Below are positions 24,098 to 29,944 of a stretch of DNA of 29,944 nt, one piece after another. This DNA comes from a virus (taxonomy: Duplodnaviria; Caudoviricetes). A program made the translations under genes and the position numbers. The stretch's first letter is position 1. Every line of letters begins with the position of its first letter. The stretch is taken from IMG/VR virus record IMGVR_UViG_3300012665_001024, positions 1 to 29,944 of that record; one strand, given 5' to 3'. A model generated the notes under the pieces. It searched no databases. It saw nothing but the letters and a program-made list of their open reading frames with translations, and was not told the origin of the DNA.

Positions 24098-26345
24098 TTT
24101 CTGGTTCTAGTACCACTGGGAGTGGATCTAAATATTCAAACACCAAACTATCGTTAACTTTATCAACCTTAACAATACCACCATTAGTCAGCTTGCCAAA
24201 CAAGATTTCGCGGGATAGTGGCTTTTTAATTTTATCATCAATTACACGCTGTAATGGACGTGCGCCCATTTTGCTGTTAAATCCAAGGTCAACTAAATGA
24301 TCTCTTGCAATGTCTGTAAGTTGTACAAAAACATTCTTATCTGAAATAAGACCATTCATTTCACGTACAAACTTGTCAACGACTTTAAGCATTACAACAT
24401 GTTCAAGTTTCTTAAATTTAATAATACCATCTAAACGATTACGGAACTCAGGAGCAAAGAATGCGTTAACTGCTGAATCTGTCTCCCCAAGTTTTTCTTG
24501 ATTACCAAAGCCAATGTTTTTCTTCTCACTGTCTGCGGCACCCAAATTAGATGTCATAATAATGATAGCGTTACGTGCATCTGCTTTCTTGCCATTACTA
24601 CCAGTTACAAACCCGTTATCCATAAGTTGCAACATAACATTGCTTACATCTGGGTGGGCCTTTTCAATCTCATCTAACAACAAGATACAATTAGGTGTCT
24701 CTTGTAGTGTGGTAATTAACTGTCCAGCATTGTCTTCAAATCCTACATATCCTGGAGGCGCACCAATAAACTTGGCAACTGCATGTTTTTCTTGGAACTC
24801 ACTCATATCAAAGCGTACAAGTTTAACACCCATTTTGTCTGACAGCACTTTAGCAGTTTCTGTTTTACCACAGCCTGTTGGACCAACAAATAAGAAGCTT
24901 CCAACTGGTTTGTTGTGTGACTTTAAACCTGCTTGTGCAATATAAATCTTATCAAGCAACGTATCAATAGCAGTATCTTGTCCATACACGTCTGCTTTCA
25001 AACTATCTTCCAAGTTTGTTAGCTTCTTAGTTTCTTTAGCGGCAACTTGCTCTAATGGCAAATTAGTCATCTTGGCCACTTCAAACACAATCTCGTCATG
25101 GTCAACTGTGCCGCCTTCTTGATCGTTTACTTTAAAACGAGCACAAGCACAGTCAATAATGTCTAATGCTTTGTCTGGTAGCTTTTTATCACTCATGTAC
25201 TTGATAGAATACTTAACTGAGTCAGTGATAGCTTGATTTGTAATTTTAACACCGTGATGTTTTTCGTAATACTTCTTAAGACCTTTCATAATCTTAATAG
25301 CAGTAATTTCATCTGGCTCGTCAACAGTAACTCGTTGGAATCGACGCATTAGCGCACGATCCTTTTCAAAGTGTTTGCGATACTCTTCCCACGTGGTACT
25401 AGCAATAACTTTAAAGCCGCCTTTACTTAATGCAGGCTTTAACATATTTGCCATATCATTACTTTGGCCACTACTTGCGCCTGCACCACTCATCATGTGT
25501 GCTTCATCAATAAACAAGATTGCTTTCTTTTTCTTGTCAATAGCAGTTAACACAGTTTTCAAACGTTCTTCAAAATCGCCTCGATATTTAGAACCAGCAA
25601 GTAACGCACTAATGTCTAGTGTATAAACTGTATGGTCTTCAATAAATTTAGGTACTTTACCTTCAACGATGTTACGAGCAAGCCCTTCTGCAATAGCAGT
25701 TTTACCAACACCCGGGTCGCCAATCATTAATACGTTTGACTTGTGACGTCGAGCAAGAACAAGTTGTATTTCTTCAATCTCTTTTTCACGCCCAATAACA
25801 GGATCAATTTTCTTTTGTTTAACTTTATTATTCAAGTTAACACAGAAGTTATTAATAACTGCGTCAAGTTTGCTTTCTGGAATCTGTGACTCCCCGTCAC
25901 CATTTTCAATTGTATTATTTTCTTGATTAAAAAATTCAACAAATTTGTCTTTGTCAATTTTTGCCAGTTTCAAGAAATAATGTGCATGACTTTTCTTTTC
26001 GTGAAGTATGCTCAGGAAACAGTCAATTGGTTCAATTGTAGTTCTTCCCGCAAACAGTGTTTGTGTGAATGCACGGTTAAGCATACGCTCAATACTGTTT
26101 GTTTTTTTAGGTCTGTTGGCTTGACTACCAGTAATACTAGAAAGGTCTTCTAAAATATATTTTGTTAAATTTCCTTTCAATTCAGTAACATCCGTACCAA
26201 ACTCATTTAGCATGCCACCAAATTTTTCATCACTGACTAGGCTTAATAGAAAGTGCTCCAGTGTAATATACTGATGCTTGTTTTCAATGGCAAGCAATAC
26301 AGCACGTTCAAAAATACCTTCTAATTCTTCATTTGGCTCAAGCAT
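24069..26345 (-). CDS. clpA: ClpA-type ATP-dependent Clp protease/unfoldase subunit
   Basis: Clp-N repeats (HQYITLEHFLL). D1 GDPGVGKT, LFIDEAH, RRFQ. D2 GPTGCGKT, LLDEIEKAH. ClpP-docking IGF loop, GARPL. No M-domain coiled coil. Confidence 0.95.
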   Translation of the reverse strand: MLEPNEELEGIFERAVLLAIENKHQYITLEHFLLSLVSDEKFGGMLNEFGTDVTELKGNLTKYILEDLSSITGSQANRPKKTNSIERMLNRAFTQTLFAGRTTIEPIDCFLSILHEKKSHAHYFLKLAKIDKDKFVEFFNQENNTIENGDGESQIPESKLDAVINNFCVNLNNKVKQKKIDPVIGREKEIEEIQLVLARRHKSNVLMIGDPGVGKTAIAEGLARNIVEGKVPKFIEDHTVYTLDISALLAGSKYRGDFEERLKTVLTAIDKKKKAILFIDEAHMMSGAGASSGQSNDMANMLKPALSKGGFKVIASTTWEEYRKHFEKDRALMRRFQRVTVDEPDEITAIKIMKGLKKYYEKHHGVKITNQAITDSVKYSIKYMSDKKLPDKALDIIDCACARFKVNDQEGGTVDHDEIVFEVAKMTNLPLEQVAAKETKKLTNLEDSLKADVYGQDTAIDTLLDKIYIAQAGLKSHNKPVGSFLFVGPTGCGKTETAKVLSDKMGVKLVRFDMSEFQEKHAVAKFIGAPPGYVGFEDNAGQLITTLQETPNCILLLDEIEKAHPDVSNVMLQLMDNGFVTGSNGKKADARNAIIIMTSNLGAADSEKKNIGFGNQEKLGETDSAVNAFFAPEFRNRLDGIIKFKKLEHVVMLKVVDKFVREMNGLISDKNVFVQLTDIARDHLVDLGFNSKMGARPLQRVIDDKIKKPLSREILFGKLTNGGIVKVDKVNDSLVFEYLDPLPVVLEPEIVEDATTED

Positions 26346-26841
26346 AGTTTCTCACTTTTTTAGATTTTTTAATTGCTAACGACCACTTTAAAGTAGATAG
26401 TCTATCTTTAAAGTTAATCCCGTTTAAATGATCCAGTTCGTGTAAAAAACATTTACAATCGTAACCTTCAAATTTATGTTGATGTTCGTTTCCGTCCCTG
26501 TCATAATACTTACCAACAATCCAACTTGGACGTTTAATTTTAACAAAAACCAACGGAAAACTCAAGCATCCTTCCTCTACATCGAGCAAATCAGTACTAG
26601 CATCAATAACTTCAGGATTGAAGTATGCGCTACTCTGATCCTTCATTAAGTTATGCCCCATAGTGAACACTCTAGTTCTAATACCGACTTGTGGTGCTGC
26701 CAATCCAATACCATCAGCGGCAAACATTGCTTCCAACATTTGCTTTTCTAAATCAACAGGATCCATAATTGGATTTGTAAAATCAAATTCTGGCATTACT
26801 TCTTCTAAAATTGGGTTTGGATGTTTTACTATTTTTAACAT
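26338..26841 (-). CDS. def: Peptide deformylase
   Basis: GIGLAAPQVG, EGCLS, HELDHLNG. Confidence 0.95.
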   Translation of the reverse strand: MLKIVKHPNPILEEVMPEFDFTNPIMDPVDLEKQMLEAMFAADGIGLAAPQVGIRTRVFTMGHNLMKDQSSAYFNPEVIDASTDLLDVEEGCLSFPLVFVKIKRPSWIVGKYYDRDGNEHQHKFEGYDCKCFLHELDHLNGINFKDRLSTLKWSLAIKKSKKVRNYA

Positions 26842-26842
26842 A

Positions 26843-27685
26843 TTATTTTACACCTTTAATGTGTTTGACCATGTTAATAGCGTTGTCGTCTAGATCAATT
26901 GGAATTAAGACGCTAACTCTAACATATAGTCTACCAACATTGCCTGCTTGGTCTACCATACCTTCGTTACGTAATCCTAATGTTGTTCCAGACTGTGTGC
27001 CTTTTGGAATTACTAGTTGTAGGACTCTTCCATCTAATGTTCGAATATCTGTAGTTGTTCCTAGTATAGCATCAAAACAATCAACAGACACGTCAGTTAA
27101 CAAGTTTAGTCCTTCCCTAGCAAAAGTTGGATGCGGCAATACGTGTATACTAATAGTTAAATCGCCTCTAGGTAAATTTGGTATAGAGTCATCACCTTGG
27201 CCTGAATAGCGTATTGCCATACCATTGTCAACACCTTTTGGGATTGTAATATTAAGTTGTTTACGACCACTTGGGTATTGTATTTCAATAGTTTTTTCTA
27301 CACCCGTATATGCTTCTTCTAAAGTAACTGACAAGTTAACATTTAAAGATTTATTTTTAGGTTGACGCTGTTGGAATCCACCTTGTCCAAAACCAAAGTT
27401 AAATCCAAAGCCACGTAAGATGTCATCCATTCCGCCTGTAGTAAAGTGGAACTCGTGTCCACCAAATCCACCTTGATTTGGATTTAATGGATCCATTCCT
27501 TGGTCAACCATACTACGTTTTTGTGGATCACTAAGGATATCATGTGCTTCGTTAATTTCTTTAAACACTTTTTCATCACCTCCTCGATCAGGGTGATGCT
27601 TCATAGCCTTACTTCTATAGGCTTTTTTGATATCATCTGGGGTTGCGTTTTTTGGAACGCCTAATGTTTGATAATAGTCTTTCAT
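26843..27685 (-). CDS. DnaJ-class (type II, CbpA-like) co-chaperone
   Basis: Start MKDYYQTLG at 27685. J-domain HPD, G/F-rich linker, C-terminal domains (GDL, TLDG), no Zn finger. Confidence 0.93.
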   Translation of the reverse strand: MKDYYQTLGVPKNATPDDIKKAYRSKAMKHHPDRGGDEKVFKEINEAHDILSDPQKRSMVDQGMDPLNPNQGGFGGHEFHFTTGGMDDILRGFGFNFGFGQGGFQQRQPKNKSLNVNLSVTLEEAYTGVEKTIEIQYPSGRKQLNITIPKGVDNGMAIRYSGQGDDSIPNLPRGDLTISIHVLPHPTFAREGLNLLTDVSVDCFDAILGTTTDIRTLDGRVLQLVIPKGTQSGTTLGLRNEGMVDQAGNVGRLYVRVSVLIPIDLDDNAINMVKHIKGVK

Positions 27686-27691
27686 AGTACA

Positions 27692-27720
27692 ATTATATAA
27701 CAAAAAAAGGCAACTGTCAA
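27692..27720 (-). promoter_or_regulatory. Perfect consensus sigma70 promoter for dnaJ-def-clpA (likely leaderless)
   Basis: TTGACA (27720-27715), 17 nt spacer, TATAAT (27697-27692). The ATG at 27685 is the 7th nt downstream. Confidence 0.88.
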
Positions 27721-27730
27721 GCTGCCTTTT
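27702..27730 (-). terminator. Rho-independent terminator ending the lysis block; its loop is the next promoter's -35 hexamer
   Basis: Minus strand AAGGCAGC-TTGACA-GTTGCCTT-TTTTT. Confidence 0.85.
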
Positions 27731-27748
27731 GAAATGGAAATAATTAGA

Positions 27749-27961
27749 TTATTTCTTTTTTGGTGCTTCTGGAACTTTCTCGCCTTCAAACTTCTTGTGA
27801 ACTTTGATCTTCTTGCAAACTTGAACTGGCTTGCCAGCTTTGTCATTTACAACTTTTCCAGCTTTGTCTAGTTTATCTTTGCAAACTTCTTTCATTTCGC
27901 CACCAGCATAGGCTGTGCCAACTAATGCTAAACTTGCTACTAATGCTAAAATTAATTTCAT
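27749..27961 (-). CDS. Small exported Lys-rich protein with two Cys
   Basis: Start MKLILALVASLALVGTAYA (Sec signal, AxA) at 27961 with AAGGA Shine-Dalgarno. VCK...VCKK. Confidence 0.75.
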   Translation of the reverse strand: MKLILALVASLALVGTAYAGGEMKEVCKDKLDKAGKVVNDKAGKPVQVCKKIKVHKKFEGEKVPEAPKKK

Positions 27962-27971
27962 TTTATTTTCC

Positions 27972-28448
27972 TTATAATGGTTCGTCAACCTGTGGGGCTG
28001 GCATTGGCTTACCTGTAGACGACATCGTCACTACAGCAGGCTGTGCTACTGGAGTTGGTGCTACTACTGGTTTTGGTGCTACTGGAGCAACCGCTACTGG
28101 CGGTGGGGTATATGGTGCTGGAGCTGGTGAACTTGGTACTACCATTGTTCCGCCTGCTTTATCACCTAACTTTTCTTGTGTACGACCATAAGCCGCAATA
28201 CCTAAAATAGCACCCATTGCCATATGGAATAGTCCAGCACCTTGTAGTGTGATTGGAGACCATTGTGTTTCAACACGACCACCCCCTACTACTTGTACTA
28301 AACTCCATAAGATTGGAAATATAACAAAGTCTGAAGTACAGACTAGCATATACATCCAACCCATCATTGGACGCCATTTACTGTTCATCCAATCTTCTTT
28401 TTTCTTTTCTGAATCGCTCATATTATTAAATTCTTCCTGAGTTGCCAT
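27972..28448 (-). CDS. Holin-like membrane protein (GTA 3TM holin-like)
   Basis: WRPMMGWMY, TM segments, LGIAAYGRTQEKL, Pro-rich tail. Lysis context. TAAATA at 28475-28470 and AAGGAG. Confidence 0.7.
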   Translation of the reverse strand: MATQEEFNNMSDSEKKKEDWMNSKWRPMMGWMYMLVCTSDFVIFPILWSLVQVVGGGRVETQWSPITLQGAGLFHMAMGAILGIAAYGRTQEKLGDKAGGTMVVPSSPAPAPYTPPPVAVAPVAPKPVVAPTPVAQPAVVTMSSTGKPMPAPQVDEPL

Positions 28449-28472
28449 TTTTCGCTCCTTCTTATATTGTAT

Positions 28473-28730
28473 TTAAACTAAACTAGCTAGACTTAATAGT
28501 CCATTTATTGCTGTGTTCAATTTTTCTTTTGCATCTAACTCTGACATATTTTGATCAATATTGGCTGTACGCTGTAAATCAAGTAAAAGTTCTTTGTATT
28601 CTTCTTGAGTCAACTCTCCCGCCTTAAGCATCTCTGTATATTGATTTGCTGTGGCGGCAGCGTTTGCCACTATTGGATCTGTGGTTGATAATATTGTTAA
28701 TAATTCTTGTTGGTAATCTACAAAACTCAT
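28473..28730 (-). CDS. Hypothetical protein
   Basis: 85-aa helical ORF with ATGA coupling. Confidence 0.75.
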   Translation of the reverse strand: MSFVDYQQELLTILSTTDPIVANAAATANQYTEMLKAGELTQEEYKELLLDLQRTANIDQNMSELDAKEKLNTAINGLLSLASLV

Positions 28731-29131
28731 CTTGGTCTAGCTCCTATAACTTTTTGCATTGAGTCTGCTGATTTTTCTACAGATTCAAATTTGATTTTAC
28801 AAAACATCGGACTAACTTTGTCCGACTTTTGATACTGCTCTGCAAGACCTTGTGCGATCTTGTTTAATTCAACTGATGCTTTAATTACATTTTCATTACG
28901 TGGGACGTGTTCACTATATAATGCAAATACTCTTGTATTATATGCTAGTCTCTCAGCATTTGCGGCGCTTAACATTGCATTGGCGCATTGTGTTTTATAA
29001 AGTTGTGATTCAGCTCTAATTTCGGCAATTTGTCTATATTCGTTTGAATCATACTTAGTCATTAAGTATGCATCAACTAATGCACATCCAGAAAGCATTG
29101 AAAAGACTACTGCTAAAAGAATTTTTTTCAT
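28727..29131 (-). CDS. Lipoprotein
   Basis: MKKILLAVVFSMLSGC lipobox. Confidence 0.8.
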   Translation of the reverse strand: MKKILLAVVFSMLSGCALVDAYLMTKYDSNEYRQIAEIRAESQLYKTQCANAMLSAANAERLAYNTRVFALYSEHVPRNENVIKASVELNKIAQGLAEQYQKSDKVSPMFCKIKFESVEKSADSMQKVIGARPR

Positions 29132-29397
29132 TTAACTTCCTCAAATATTTGTTTTTGTGTTTTATACCATTCCATCCAGCTATCAACTTTTAAACGACAT
29201 TCGTGATATTGACTGTAATTTTTCACTACAACAGGTAACACATCACTTAATTTGTCAGTTGCTGAATCTACATTTTTTAAATCTGGGCAAGCAGTCATTA
29301 GCTCTTGAGGAACGTCTGGAAATGTACGCTTAACAGGTGTTGCTAAACATCCACTTAATACTACTACCATTGGAAAAAGGATTAGAAAACGTTTCAT
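29128..29397 (-). CDS. o-spanin (Rz1-like) lipoprotein
   Basis: VVLSGC lipobox, Pro-rich FPDVPQELMTACP, NY..YHEC. Follows the i-spanin candidate. Confidence 0.75.
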   Translation of the reverse strand: MKRFLILFPMVVVLSGCLATPVKRTFPDVPQELMTACPDLKNVDSATDKLSDVLPVVVKNYSQYHECRLKVDSWMEWYKTQKQIFEEVK

Positions 29398-29885
29398 TTA
29401 ATTTTCTCTCCAGTCACAGTGACTGTGCCAAAGTTAAGTGGATTCTTTGCCGCATCATTTAGAATATTAATTGCTTCAGGAGCAACTTTACATTCTTTAT
29501 CAATGAGTTCTTTTTCTTTAATAATGCGGTCTTGTATAACAACTTCCACTTGTTTAACTACTTTGACTCTTTCAACAATTTTAGTCTTGATTTCTACGTT
29601 CGCTTCTTTAGATTTTTCTTCGCTGATCTTAACTTTTTCTTCTAAGTCAGCAATCTTAGCACGCCATGCTAATTCATTTACATAGCCACCTTTAAAAAAC
29701 AAACCTGCACACAATAATACAACGCCAATTGGTTTGAGCATTTTGGCGTACGTGCCATAGAATGGTATAAACTTTCCTAACCAACCTGCAAATAAACCTG
29801 ATACCCCTGCAATCAGCATCAAGTTAATGATCCAGTTTAATACTCCTACCGGAATCAAACTAATCATCCAATAAATTTGCCACAT
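29394..29885 (-). CDS. i-spanin (Rz-like) inner-membrane protein
   Basis: N-terminal TM segments, then a long charged coiled coil and CKV...LN.AA. Lies between the endolysin and the o-spanin. Confidence 0.7.
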   Translation of the reverse strand: MWQIYWMISLIPVGVLNWIINLMLIAGVSGLFAGWLGKFIPFYGTYAKMLKPIGVVLLCAGLFFKGGYVNELAWRAKIADLEEKVKISEEKSKEANVEIKTKIVERVKVVKQVEVVIQDRIIKEKELIDKECKVAPEAINILNDAAKNPLNFGTVTVTGEKIK

Positions 29886-29891
29886 TATCTA

Positions 29892-29944
29892 TTATCCGTG
29901 TAATACGTGTAATGCGTGGTTATAGTGCTTGATACGATCATCAA
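29892..29944 (-). CDS. C-terminal end of a probable GH19 chitinase-like endolysin (partial)
   Basis: Manual translation ...DDRIKHYNHALHVLHG*, matching the GL.DR...Y tail of GH19 lysins, directly upstream of the spanins. Only 16 residues are visible. Confidence 0.55.
   Translation of the reverse strand, partial: DDRIKHYNHALHVLHG

Noticed and set aside
24069-27685. Bacterial chromosome origin suggested by clpA, def, dnaJ, dps and folE
   Set aside because: The T4-like PolB, clamp, DsbA-like protein, lysis cassette and single-strand dense packing indicate these are phage-borne auxiliary genes.
143-29685. All plus-strand ORFs in the track (e.g. 14078-14611, 9024-9404, 24514-24945, 26811-27209)
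   Set aside because: They are antisense shadows of well-supported minus-strand genes, with no motifs and no RBS or promoter support.
1-29944. Stop-codon reassignment, introns/inteins, tRNAs, CRISPR arrays, transposases
   Set aside because: Genes are full-length in the standard code with TAA, TGA and TAG stops. Intergenic gaps are under about 100 nt, with no cloverleaf or repeat-spacer pattern seen by eye.

Overview
A 30-kb segment of a large AT-rich T4-like (myovirus-type) dsDNA phage of a Gram-negative host. Essentially all real genes are on the minus strand, densely packed, in the standard genetic code. Read in transcription order (right to left), there are five blocks. (1) A lysis cassette: tail of a GH19-like endolysin, i-/o-spanin candidates, a lipoprotein and a holin. 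(2) A sigma70-driven proteostasis operon: DnaJ, peptide deformylase, ClpA. (3) A ~9-kb block under TAAATA late-type promoters in which about nine proteins share an N-terminal M-x-[IL]-x-[DEQ]-[LFI]...E tag like T4 capsid-targeting sequences. It includes two minimal PolX/pol-beta nucleotidyltransferases, a ligase-like (KxDG) plus HIGH-family nucleotidyltransferase fusion, a GH73 muramidase and Dps. (4) A family B DNA polymerase with a twin structured 5' operator, plus a sliding clamp. (5) A 7-deazaguanine DNA-modification cluster: DpdA/TGT-like transglycosylase, QueD-like, FolE and an atypical QueE. It also holds a GT-B glycosyltransferase resembling the queuosine mannosyltransferase GTDC1/QTMAN family, a 2OG-Fe(II) oxygenase, a cupin and a purine phosphoribosyltransferase, and no QueC is visible in the window. 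The best candidates for undescribed systems are a glycosylated deazaguanine DNA hypermodification pathway and a virion-packaged, co-injected nucleotidyltransferase/ligase kit. Family assignments come from manual motif recognition only; no searches were run.
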